A stretch of 62,939 nt of DNA, counting the filler, from Reclinomonas americana ATCC 50394 (taxonomy: Eukaryota), in NCBI GenBank assembly GCA_048213135.1. It is 6 parts of 6 records of this genome, joined end to end, with 100 filler letters (N's around TTAATTAATTAA, not from the genome) between each part and the next. Parts side by side here need not be neighbours in the genome. Positions count along the whole stretch, not along the records: positions 17,959 to 33,113 come from AFZH01016934.1; positions 33,214 to 53,134 come from AFZH01016937.1; 4 more parts are not named here. One strand, 5' to 3'. The stretch's first letter is position 1. Every line of letters begins with the position of its first letter. The notes under the pieces are model-generated. The model was not told the origin of the DNA, did no database searches, and worked only from the letters and a program-made list of their open reading frames with translations. This document shows, in pieces, positions 27,308 through 38,720 of this stretch. The position numbers and the translations under genes are program-made.

Positions 27308-28627
27308 TCAACGCGAATCGGGAGGGTGTGCGATCTTGCGGAAGTTGGGCACCACTTGCGCCACATAGTCACGCATTTGAATGACTTGCTCCTCAATCGT
27401 CCACGTGTCCGAGTACGGCATCTGTACAACCTTGCAAGTGATGGGCTCCGAGCGCTGCACATTGAAGGCGTCCAGCGCCTGCATCTGCGCCGTGAACTGT
27501 TCCCGAGGATACCGCTTCGGCAGCGTAATCTCCGTGATGACGGGGAACTTGTCCATCTCGAACAGGTAGGTGATACGGAGGCCGACGTACGACTCGGACA
27601 CCTCCAGCGGCCGCCCAATGTGCTTCAAGCAGTTCGACACAAAATCGCGCACACCATCCAGGTGCACACGCACATCAATCACCGACGTGGTGACGAGTTG
27701 CAGCGCATTCGGGTAGTAGTCCATCAGCATGGTGTCGTGATTCCAGTACGGAAGCTGCAGTGCGTATGCTGTGAGACGGACGATGGTCACTGCAATGCAG
27801 TACATGCACGACACGCAACTCGGCACTCCTCCAAAAACGTGAGATTAGGCGGGCACAAGATCCGCGTGGTCGACAGCGACGGCTTGGCGGGGTTGAAGCT
27901 GAGCAGCAGGCGCACCTGATCGGCGCCCGGCTCACCACGCAACGGCTCAATGTTGAACGGAATGAGGAACTTGATCTCGACCTCGTCACCCGTGTTGTCA
28001 AACAGGTACTCGGTGCCCGGAATCGACGACGCATACTGGAACTCCACATCCACCCGCGACTTGCCTGATCGCGACACGCGACGCCGTTGTGACTCCTGTC
28101 CACCACAAGAGTCAGCGCGCGGACACGCATGTACACGTCCTCTCTTTCTCCGATGAACACCTTGTAAAACTCGAGGACTTCCTTGACAACGGCGACCAGC
28201 GACGCGGGATTGTGCGCGTCCCACACGTCCGGCGACAGCGTACGCATGCTCTCCCACTCCACCATGTCGGCGTCGGTGTTGGCGTCAAAGATCAAGTCGG
28301 GCGCCAGCTGCGGATGCCGACTGTCGAACAGGAATTCCCCTGTGTGTGTGTACATAAGAGAGGTGAGCAAGCACAGAGAGTGAGTGCGTGTGTGCGCGGG
28401 GTAAGATGACGCAACAGCGGATGCGGCGTGTGCAGTACGGAACCTGCGTGTGTGTTGTTGTCAGCGTGAGGGGGGAAATGGTCACGCGCGTGACAACAAA
28501 AAATACTCACCTCCACCACAAAGCGGTCTCCCAGTCGTACGTCCAGCGGCTCCACCTTGTACCCTTCACGCACCAGTGCGCTGACCATCGGCCGCAGCCA
28601 TGCAGAGACCCACTCGGGCGCAGACAT
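27308..28627 (-). CDS. BABAM2: BRE/BRCC45 (BRISC and BRCA1-A complex member 2)
   Basis: DRFVVEVPYC..WEFLFDSRHPQLAPDLIF, WDAHNPASL, LPKRYPREQ, PYSDTW motifs. Confidence 0.85.
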
Positions 28628-28695
28628 TGTGATTGGTGTGGTACAATATGGCATCGGCGAGCACTGTCGCTATCTGTCCACTTCGATCACCAAGA

Positions 28696-31600
28696 ATGTC
28701 GGCAGGAGGCAAGAAGGCCAGCAAGTTCTTTGGCACTGCGTCATCCAGCGAGGAGGAGGAAGAGGAGGAGGAGGAGGAGTCCGACTCCGGCAGCGACGAC
28801 AGTGGCTCTGATGATGTTGCGTGTGTGTGCGCAGAGTGACAATGTCCACCCAGAGCGCCCTCTTCTCTCTCTATGTATGTCGAGCATCGTGGAGTGTGGT
28901 GGTTCCCTCCCCTTTGTGGTGCACTGTGTGTGCACTGAGTGCGGCAGTGTGAGAGGCTGTGCGTGTGAGGAGCGAGAGGACATGGCTGCACATGTACGAC
29001 AGACAAGGCGGCGGGCATGTGGACACGCGCACCCCCTCTCTCTCTCTGGTCCTCCCTGTCCGACTGCATACAGCCGCGCTCTCTCATGCACGCACACGCA
29101 CGTGCACGACTCAGAGAATGTCAGACGATGTGCAGAGATCCCCGAATTGGATCACTGATGTTGGTGCTGTGTGTGCAGATCTCTGATGAGGACAAGGCCG
29201 GCCCTGCACGTGTGAACTCGGCTGGTGCGCGCCGCGCCGTCGCGGCCATGACTCGCGACAACGACAGCGACTCTGACGATGGCAAGCGCAAGGTGCGACC
29301 GGCGTTGGAGCGCAAGCAAGACGAGATCAGGGTGAGTGCAGCGTCTTCTCTTCCTCCCTTGCGCTGCCTCTCGCGCTACTCACACTCTTGTTGGATGCAG
29401 AATCTGGCACAATCGTTGACGCGTCGCCTGGCTGTGGCACATCCGGTGTGGTCGGAGGTGTTGGAGGGATTCAATGAGTTGACGGCCACATTCTCCAAGT
29501 CGCAAAAGGTGCTCGGATCGCTGCTGCCGGAGCCGATGCTGCTGGCGTTGGCACGTCTCGAGAGCCGTGTGTTCTCCACGGACAGGAGCACCATCTCTTC
29601 GAAGCCCGACACCAAGGCCTACAACACGCTGCGACAGCGCATCAAGAAGCACAATATGAGCTTTGGTGCGGACATGGACGCCGCTCGTGCCAAGGCCATG
29701 GAAGCCGAGCAGCCGACCGTCGCAGCCTCGCGCGATGCATTGTCGCCGGTGGGTGGTGCATCGTCGTCTGGTGCTTCGCGCTCCGGTGGCGACGAGGACG
29801 GCGACGGTGACGACGACGACATTTTCGCCGATCTCGACGACGAGGACGAATTGAGCGATGATGGCGAGCGAGGAGGGGCCAGTGGCAGTGGTGTCCGTGT
29901 GCTCCGCAGCAAGTTCTTCGATGTCGGGGTGCGTATCCCTCGTCACATTTTCCCCCAGAGGTGGTGCGTGGAGACAGCTCACCCCACTTTTTCTCGTTCT
30001 CGCAGTCATCGGATGATGAAGAGGAGGAAGATGTGGCAGACGATGGCTCGAGCATGGACTCGGACTCGTCGGCGTCGAGCAAGAGCGACGGCATGGTGGA
30101 GGCCATTATGGCACGCGGTCCGATGCGCACGGCCGAGGGTCGCCTCATCAAGACCGGCATCAACTGGTTCCTCTCCGAGTCCGAGTCCGAGGAGGACGAG
30201 GAGGAGAAGAGGAACAAGAAGGAGAGGCGCGAAAAGAAGCGCGCAGAGCGCAAGGAGCGCCATCGCGCCAAGAAGGAGATCACCTTCTCAGAAGAGCAGG
30301 CCACCAAGCGCCCAGACGCGGTGGAGGAGGTGCTGACAGACGACCAAATCATCGATCGCATTGGCCAGATTTTGGAGCGCAGGAAGGTCGGTCGACAATC
30401 ACCACACACACCACACACCCCCTCCTACCTGTGCTCACCTCTCCCTCTTGGTGCACACTGCAGCTTCGCATGGACCGTCAGCAGCAGCTGCGCGCTCTGC
30501 ACTCGCTTGTGCGCCGCATCTCGTCGCCTGTGCTGGTTCTCGACGGTCTGCTCAGTCTCATCAGCATGCAATTGGAGTTCCGCGTCGGCAACGTGATGCC
30601 TCTCTCACTGTGGAAGGAGTTGAGTAGATGGAGACTGCCTGTTGGTGCAGCCATGGACTAACATTTGCTTCTCGACTCCAGTTGCTTCCAAAACGTGTCG
30701 CAGTTGATTTCCGTCATGGAAGAGCACCCGGAGGTCGTGGCTTCACGGCCAGCAGCCCGCGACGAGGAGGAGGTCACACCGGTGAGTGTCACACTGTGTT
30801 GTCATTGCACACTCCCTTGTCGCTGCGATTCTCATGGAGGTGTCGTATCGTACAGGCCCGTCGCATGGCCCGCATGAAGGGCAGCCTGGTCAACTTTGTG
30901 GAGCGCCTCGACGACGAGTTCACTCGCCTGCTGCAGTTCACCGATCACCACTCGGACGAGTACGTGGAGCGTCTCGAGGACGAGTATTTCCTGGTGGACA
31001 TGCTGGAGCGTGTATACGAGGTTTGTGTGCATCATCAGCTTGGCGCGTGTGTGCGCGATTCCTCTGACTCAATTCTTTCCCGTGTGACTGCAGCTGCTGG
31101 AGGGCGAGGGCACGGGTCCGGAGCTGCGCGCCAACCTGGCCTCGCGTCTCATCGATCACATTTACTACAAGCGCATTGAGGGCTACATCAAGGCGCTACA
31201 GCGCCAGAAGTCGGTGGTCGGTCAGGCTTCCGAGCGTGCCGCTCAGGGTCTGTACACCGACACCCACGAGAACCGCGACGGCGACGCCATGCCGGTGCGC
31301 ATGCCGTCGGAGGCCGTCAGCGAGAATTCGGCCGACAACAAGGACGACAGCTCGGAGGCGGCGGGTGCCTCTGCGGCCACCACCCTCAGCATCCTGCTCG
31401 GCGAGCAACCGCGCACCAAGCGCATCACGTGCGTCACGAGAAAGAAGTGATGCGAGGTGATGGGCGTCTGCGCTCACCACATTTTCTCTCTTTGTGCAGT
31501 GCACGTGCCGGCCGACTTGGACGCACACTCACCGAGGATTTGAATCAGACTGTAATGGCGCTGTCACGAGTGGTGTTCCAGTTTGCGCTGGACCGTATCA

Positions 31601-33113
31601 AGGCTCGCGTCATTCTCCAGCTGGCCTACCACTTGGCCGTGCACGATCAGTTCTACGCCGCACGCGACATGTTCCTCGGCAGCCATGTGGGTGACGGTAT
31701 CCAGCACTCGGACGTCAATATGCAGATCCTGTTCCACCGCACCACTGCACAAATCGGTCTGGCCGCGTTCCGCATTGGCCTCCTGGAGGATGCTCATGCA
31801 GCGCTGCAAGAGATTTGCTCCACCATGCGCATGCGTGAGTTGTTGGGACAGGTGAGGAATGCGACACCGCTGGAGTTTCCCTCTGTCTCCTTCTCTCTTC
31901 TCTTCTCCTCTCTTTTGTGCCTCCTCTTGTTCTCCCTGCATACCGCAACGAGTCAGTGCTGCATCCACTACCTCCATGGTGCAATCGTGTTAGTGTTGCG
32001 GTACATCAATCCCCTCGCGATGCCGTTGTCTGTTGTGCGCGCCGATTGCGCCTTGTCGGTTATCGACGGGCGCGTTTGGTAGCGGCAGTGGACTCCGTCT
32101 ATTTTATAGATGGCGGCATTCTGTTGAGGCTGCGTCACGAGGCCGAGCTCCGCTTTTGTGAGAGACTGTCCACTGTATGCATTTCCCTTTTTTGAGTGGC
32201 CAGTCTGCCTCTGTGGGCAGCGACATCCTTTTTCTTTCTTCTTCAGCACTTGTTGCTGAGATCTGTTGCGCAGGGCCAGCAACGGTTCGCCGAGCGCACA
32301 CCGGAGCAGGAGCTGAAGGAGCGCCTGCGTCTGGTGCCGTTCCACATGCACATCAATCAGGACACGCTGGAGGCGTCGCATCTGATTTGCGCCATGCTTC
32401 TGGAGGTGCCTGACATTGCCGCGCATCCGCACGACGCCGGCAAGCGGCTGAAGAGCAAGGCCTTCAAGCGCCTGCGTGACCACTACGACAATCAGATGTT
32501 TACCGGCCCGCCAGAAAACACGCGCGATTACATCAATGCGGCGTCGCGTGCACTGCTCAAGGGCCAATGGCGCGAGGCATACGACCTGCTGGCACGCATG
32601 CCATTCTGGGCCCTCGTGTCGAATGCGAGCGCGACTCAGGAGCTGCTGAGAAGGTCGGTCGCCACATGTGTTTGTCCGACAAGTCTCTGCCACTTGCATG
32701 TACTGAACATTTTTCATGATGCAGACATGTGCAAGAAGTCGGTCTGAAGGCATTCCTGTGGACGTACGCCACCTTTTACGAAAACATGGGCCTCGATCAC
32801 ATGGCTGAGCTGTTTGAGTTGCCGCCGAATGTGGTACACCGCACCGTGTCGAAGATGATCTTCACCGACGACTTTTCGGCCTCGTGGGACCAACCAAACA
32901 ATCTGCTGGTGTTCGACCAAGTACGACCAGCACGTCTGCAGTACCTGGCCAGCCAGTTTGCCGACGAGACGGTGAAGATGGTGGATCAGAACGAGCGTCT
33001 CTTGTGCCAGCTGTTTGGCACACCCGGCGGTCGCCAGGATGGTGGCAAGGGCGATGGCGAGGGCAAGGACGGTCGTGGTGACCGACGTGGAGACCGCGGC
33101 GGCCGCGGTGGCC
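28696..33113 (+). CDS. EIF3C: Translation initiation factor eIF3 subunit c, 3' end in gap
   Basis: Acidic N-term KFFG..SSSEEE; VERLDDEFTRLLQ, HIYYK, PFHMHIN, GPPENTRD, PCI domain VSKMI..ASWDQ. Confidence 0.96.
31941..32008 (+). ncRNA. Intronic H/ACA guide hairpin predicted to target LSU rRNA helix 69 Psi2258 (yeast numbering; snR191/U19-like)
   Basis: Basal stem TACCGCAAC/GTTGCGGTA; pocket strands GAGTCA (31950-55) and GTTA (31989-92) complementary to UAAC-Psi-A-UGACUC; ACATCA (ANANNA/ACA) box 14 nt from the pocket; inside the 422-nt eIF3c intron. Confidence 0.75.
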
Positions 33114-33213
33114 NNNNNNNNNNNNNNNNNNNNNNNNNNNNNNNNNNNNNNNNNNNNTTAATTAATTAANNNNNNNNNNNNNNNNNNNNNNNNNNNNNNN
33201 NNNNNNNNNNNNN
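33114..33213. other. Artificial scaffold spacer
   Basis: N44-TTAATTAATTAA-N44. Confidence 0.98.
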
Positions 33214-35114
33214 TCGTGCGACGGCGGCGACTGCGTCGAGTGCGCAGCCGGCGTCGTCCTTTGCCACGCCACGTGTGGCCACGCGTGCGACACGTGCCTC
33301 TATGTCTACCTTTTCGGCCTCTGCGGCGCACGGCGGCGGCGATGTGACGGCCTCGACGCCGGAGAATCCGTTTGGCAGTGTCACCTCGGCGACGGTGCGT
33401 GCGGCCGACAACTTGCGTCGCTCGGCCACGGCGCGTCTGCAGAGCCAGACGCAGCAGCAGCAGCAGCAGCAGCAAGGTGGGGCAGGTGGCAGTGGTCTGC
33501 ATTCGGCGTCGTTGGCGGCGGCAGGTGCGGCTCCCGCAGGGCGCATGTCCACCACGTATGAAGACGCCGAATCGCGTGACGATCCGGTGTTTGCCGTGCG
33601 CTCCAGCACCGCCTGGTCGACGGCACCGTCGACCACTCTCGTGGCGTCACCGCAGCCGAGTGGTGTGCTGTCAGCGGCCGCCGAGGGTGTGCGATCGCCG
33701 CAGTTGTCGACGCAGAGCCCGTATCCGGCCGCGTTGCGACGAGCTGCCGCCGCCGATGGTGAAGGCAGTGGTCGCGTGCCGTTTGCCCCCGAGTCGGAAC
33801 CGCCAACCACTCCCGCCCTCGGCAGTGTGGACTTCCAGGAGAAGACAACGGTGGTGGACACGGCGTCGTTCTGTGTCATGGTGCTGGCGATTGTGGTCTT
33901 TGCCGTGCTGGTGATGATGCTGCTGCGTCAGAACGCAGAGGTGTCGCCGGCGGTGCATGTGGGTGGGGCGGAAGATACACGGATACTGCCATTCTGCGAT
34001 TCGTTCCGCGGCAGTGCGGAGATGACCCGGGAACAGCAGCTGAAGTTGAAGAATTGTGCCGTCTGCCCCGAACACGGCTTGTGTCAAGATGGTGAGCAGG
34101 GGTGTGTGTGTGTGCACAGTAGCGTGTGTTGTGCTGATCCTCCGCGCAGGTGCACTCGAGCAGTGTGAACCGCCGTATCACAAGGCCAAGGTGCCGATGC
34201 CGCCGTCACCTCGCGCCCCGTCGTTCAGCTGTGTGAAGGACGCCTCGCTGAATGAGCTGGCGAACCAGGCTCTCGTGCAGGTTTTTTCTCTTTGTGTTGC
34301 CCGAGTGGCCAGTGTGTTTATTCTTACACTCTCGTCAGATTCAACGCGAGGCTGCGCGGCTCAAGGGTCTGGAGGTGTGCGGGCAGCCGCTGGAGAACGG
34401 ATCGTGCATTCCATTCAGTACTATTCGTGACGAGATTGTGGTGCCGTTGATGAAGGAAGGCGACCGCCTGCTGGCGCTGAAAAGCCTCGTGGAGCACGAG
34501 CTGAAGAAGGAGTCGTTGCGGTCGCTCAAGTTGCATCTGGGGCGCGTAGTCACCATTCGCGGCGGCGCGCGCACCGAGGAGCAGTGCGTGGAGAGCTTGC
34601 AGGCTGAAATCTCGGCTGTGTGTCGTGCACGCTTCTGGTTGATGCAGAATTGGTGAGCGGCGGTGGTGAACAAGGGAGCGGGTGAGAGCTTGCTTGAATT
34701 CTCACACGACGCGCAGGAAATACCTGGCCATGGCGGGTGGATCGCTGCTTCTGCTCTTGCTGGTGGTTCGCTGGCGCCGTCGGCTGGCCCACATTGATCA
34801 CCTGAAGAAGCGCATCTGGTACCGCGTGGTACAATTCGTGCAGGAGCACGGGCGAGTGCGCGAGACCGAGATGCGACACAAGCTGTTGCGTCACTACACT
34901 GCGGGCGAGAAGGCCGAGTACTCGTCGCCGCAGTTTGAGAAGGCGTGGTATCAGATGGTGCGTGACGCGAACTGGGGTGATGGTGTTGACAAGGGCCTGT
35001 GATCTCACTTTTAATTGTGCATAGACCGAGGTCGACATGCGGTACCAGAACCACATCAAGAGTCGATACATGCAGGGCGGCGATCGGGAGTGGTTCATCG
35101 AGTCGCAGTCGTAA
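33214..35114 (+). CDS. MAN1/Src1 (Heh1-like) inner nuclear membrane protein, 5' end in gap
   Basis: Disordered N-term, TM1, CAVCPEHGLCQDG..CEPPY..CVKD, TM2, winged-helix tail ending GGDREWFIESQS*. Confidence 0.8.
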
Positions 35115-35501
35115 GGAGAGAAGGAGAAGAAGAGGCGAGAAGAAGAAGAAGAAGAGGACACAGGAATAGGCGTGCAGTGAATTCGAAGGAAGATTTGAGT
35201 ACGAGTCTGGCAGGAGAAGCCGTGCACGTGTTTACTCGTGGACTGTGGCGATCTGGAGACACCGGGCGGCGAAGCAAGCAGCACGCCAGGAATACTCCTT
35301 CTGTTCTCGCAGCAGGCAGCAATCGAAGCGCTGATTTGTCGGCGGAGCGCTGCGATGCAGATCGCAGTTCTCGACTTGTCTCCGAGAATCCAGCCAACAT
35401 GCAACAAGTTGTCAAGAGAAGACCTTAACAGTTGTCGAGCGTTTCACGTTTAGCGGGGGCGCATTACTGCGTAGGGTACGTTCGTCAAGTCTCATGTGAG
35501 A

Positions 35502-35574
35502 TCCCCGATAGTCTAGGCGGTTAGGACAGTAGTCTCTCACACTGCAAACCCGGGTTCAACTCCCGGTCGGGGAG
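35502..35574 (+). tRNA. trnE: tRNA-Glu (anticodon CUC)
   Basis: Acceptor stem TCCCCGA/TCGGGGA, D loop with GG, anticodon stem GTAGT/ACTGC with CTC at 35536-38, T arm CCGGG-TTCAACT-CCCGG. Confidence 0.95.
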
Positions 35575-35581
35575 TCCTTAC

Positions 35582-35597
35582 TTTTTGATTTTTTTTT
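35582..35597 (+). terminator. Pol III oligo-T terminator of the tRNA
   Basis: T5 and T9 runs starting 8 nt after the tRNA 3' end. Confidence 0.8.
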
Positions 35598-35680
35598 ATT
35601 TCTGAGAACTCTTTACTTCGCCCATCCACTCAAATCAATCATCCAACAAACACTCTGTTTGTTCTTTTCTTTTCCCAGTG

Positions 35681-38662
35681 ATGTCAGGCATCCCATCGTC
35701 TCCATCAGGCGGCGCCGAGCGTGTTCCCATGCTTGCGCGCTATGGCGAGGATGAGGAGCACAGCTCGTCGGCGTCTGCAGCTGCTGATCGAAGTGGAAGT
35801 GGAGGAGGAGGTGCAGGAGGAGAGGCAGCAGATGGAAGTGCGATTGGAGACGAGCACCCGCTGCCGTACAACAGCATCGCGCCTGTGTTGACGTGCCCAG
35901 TGTGCTACAACATCTTTGCAGTTGAGCATTTTGACACACACGCGCGCGCACAGAGAAGCAGAGTATGTGTGAGAGAGGCATAAGTGCGCACGCACGCACG
36001 TTGATGCGCATTGTGAGAGACAGCCGTGTATGATGTGTTCTGACGCATTCCCCCGCTTCTCTTGTCTCTACTCATTGCTTTGCTGTCAGCAAGATCAGTT
36101 GACACACAGTGCACTCCTCCTTGCCCTCTCTCACTCTGTCTCTCTGTCTCTGGTGAGATGAGTTACATCCCTCTCATTCCCCTTGCACTTGTCTCTCTCT
36201 CTTCATAGTTTGCTGTCAGCAAGATCAGTTGTCACACTCCTCTTCCCTCTTTGCTTCCTTGTCCTCTCTCTCTCTCTGGTGAGATGAGTTACACACCTCT
36301 CTTTCCCCTTGCACTTGTCTCTCCTCATTGTTTTGCTGTCAGCAAGATCAGTTGGCACACTCTGCTCTTCTCTCTTTGCTTCATTCTCTCTCGCTGGTGA
36401 GATGAGTTACACACCTCTCTTTCCCCTTGCACTTGTCTCTCTTCCTCGTCTTGGTGTCAGCAAGATGAGTTGATTGCTCTTCCCTCGTTGCTTTCTTCAC
36501 TTGTCTCTCCTTCTCGTCAAGATGAGTCGCACACCCTTGTCTCGCTCTGTTCACATGCTTGTCATCTTCGATGAGAGGTGCAACTGCTTTGTGCGCGCAC
36601 TTCACTCACTTGCGCACTCTCCCTCCCTCCCTCCATCGCTTGCGCAGGATCCTCGAGGTGTGTGACCAGTGTCGCTGTTGTGCTTGGTTGTCATTTGCGT
36701 TGCTGACGGTTGTACCCCAACCAGTGTTGCCGTGCGGTCACTCGTTCTGCCTCGAGTGCATTCGAGCCATGTGTGCGTTTCTTCTTTCGTTGCCTGGCTT
36801 GTGGATGACTGACCACCACTTACGCGCGCTCTGGTGCAGTGAAGCGACAGGCGCTGCACTGCCCGATCTGCCGCACAGTCCACATGTACAACGCGTCCAC
36901 CTTTCACCGGTTTGTCAGTCCCGCGCATGCGCTAGTTGCTCCTCTGTGCTCCCCCTCACTCAGCGGTGTGCATGGATGGTCAGGCTACCCAAGAACTACA
37001 TTGTCGTCGACCTCATCGATCGAGTGCAAGAGACGGCAGGCTTGTCGGTGGTGCGTCTTGCTGTGTTCTTGTTGTGTTGTTGTTGTTATCTATCGCGTGT
37101 TTCTCATGAAAAAACACAGCGGGCACTCGGTCTGCAAAGTGAGGCGGCCAAGGCCAGTCTGCGCGACAGCAGCATGGAACCAACCTTGTATCCGTCGCTG
37201 CGCGCGTATGTAAACTACGACCAAACGTATCCACGGCAGCTCGAATTCAACCCGGTGGTCAAGGACCAGTTGCTGTACGGCACACTGACCGGCGAACTGG
37301 TGCTGTGTGACGTGGGCCGACAGGAGGAGCTGGGCAGGCAATGGATGGGGTTGCGTTGACAGTCACTCTGCCATCCTCTCACCTTTCCCCTTCTCACACT
37401 GCTGCTGCAGGTCCGCGGAGGGCGCACAAGACTGCGTCCTCGGAATCTCCTTCCTCAAATCCACCCCCAACAAGGCCATTGTGGGCCTGGCCAAGGGACG
37501 CATCTCGATGATTGACTCGGAGCTGCTGAGAGATCCACACCAGAAGTGTGCGCTGCACGAGTACGAGCCGTTTGAGCGGCTGACGCACATTTCCACCAAC
37601 TCGCTGGACACGCAGTACCTTGTCTGTTGCGTCAGCTTTTGTTATGTGCGTGTAGCTTCTGCCCCCTCTCACAACGCACACCAGGCGGCGGCCCCACCGG
37701 TGTCAAGATCTTCGACATTGAGACGTCGGCAATGGTGCACTCACTAGAAAACATTCACCAATCCAACATCAACATCTCGCGCTTCGCCAACAACACGCCG
37801 CACTTCTTTGTCACCTCCAGCTTTGACGGATCTATCAAGTTCTGGGACATGCGACGATCAACACGCGAGCCCGTGTACACGCGCTACTCGAGCACCAAGG
37901 TGCTGATGGTGGCGTGGTCGCCGGACGACCAGTACATTGCCTCGTCGGCCACCGACAATGATGTGCGGCTGTACCACTCCATGTCCGGCAATCTGTTGCA
38001 CCAGTTGCGTTCTGCGCGGCCGCGATGAGAGAAGTATGTTTGCTCATGCGTGTCTTGATCTCTCTTTGGCAGGTACGGCATCCCCAAGCTGCGGCACGAT
38101 CGCAACTTTACTCGTTCGTACTTCCTGCAAGACTCGCAGTACTTGGTGTCGGGAAGCTGCTGTGAGAGGTAACGGAACATCTAGAGATGCGCGCGACGCG
38201 CTCCATTCCCCTCGCTCACTTTGTGATGTGACAAACAGTTTGATCCGCGTCCTCAACGTCCGCACGGGCCAAGTGACCTGCCAGATTCCAGTGGACGGCG
38301 AGCACGGCTCCGAGTCGCTGTGTGCGTAGTGGACCACGTGCACACACACAGTCCCTCGCTCACTTGCTCAATCCACAGACATTCAAACTCTGCGTGGCGA
38401 TCCGGTGACTCCCCGGCGCTTTGCCGTCCTCGCCTCGTAGTTGCGTCGCAGTACACGCGCACGAGTCTGGGCACAGCGACCTGAAAACAACTGCTTCCTG
38501 CACAGCGCCGAGCACGACCACCCCAACGAAATCATTGGTGTGGACCTGGAAGACAACTGGGACGACGTGCCCGCTGCAGGAGGCAGCGGAGCAGCAGCAG
38601 CAGCAGCAGCAGCCGCTGCGGCCGCGGCCTCTGCCAAGAACGGACCGCCCGGTCGTCCTTAA
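35681..38662 (+). CDS. RING-HC (C3HC4) plus WD40 protein, probable E3 ubiquitin ligase
   Basis: Spliced [36 protein letters not shown]; WD repeats TSSFDGSIKFWDMR and WSPDDQYIASSATDNDV. Confidence 0.88.
36060..36530 (+). repeat. Intronic minisatellite, about 118-130 bp unit, about 3.5 copies
   Basis: TGCTGTCAGCAAGATCAGTT at 36081, 36211, 36334 and a variant at 36452; CTGGTGAGATGAGTTACA..CCCTTGCACTTGTCTCT recurs three times. Confidence 0.9.
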
Positions 38663-38720
38663 CGCGTTGTGGATTCCCTCCGTGAGAAAGCCATCCGTCC
38701 ACCGTCACCAGCAGCGCAAG

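Noticed and set aside
35179..35191. GAATTCGAAGGAA also at 58051
   Set aside because: Repeated 13-mers are expected by chance in 63 kb
35115..35500. Possible retroelement remnant or ncRNA upstream of the tRNA
   Set aside because: No convincing RT/endonuclease motif, poly(A) tail or target-site duplication
36060..36530. CRISPR-like or C/D snoRNA-cluster reading of the intronic repeat
   Set aside because: The spacers are themselves repeated, the context is eukaryotic with no cas genes, and sense-strand CTGA D boxes are absent
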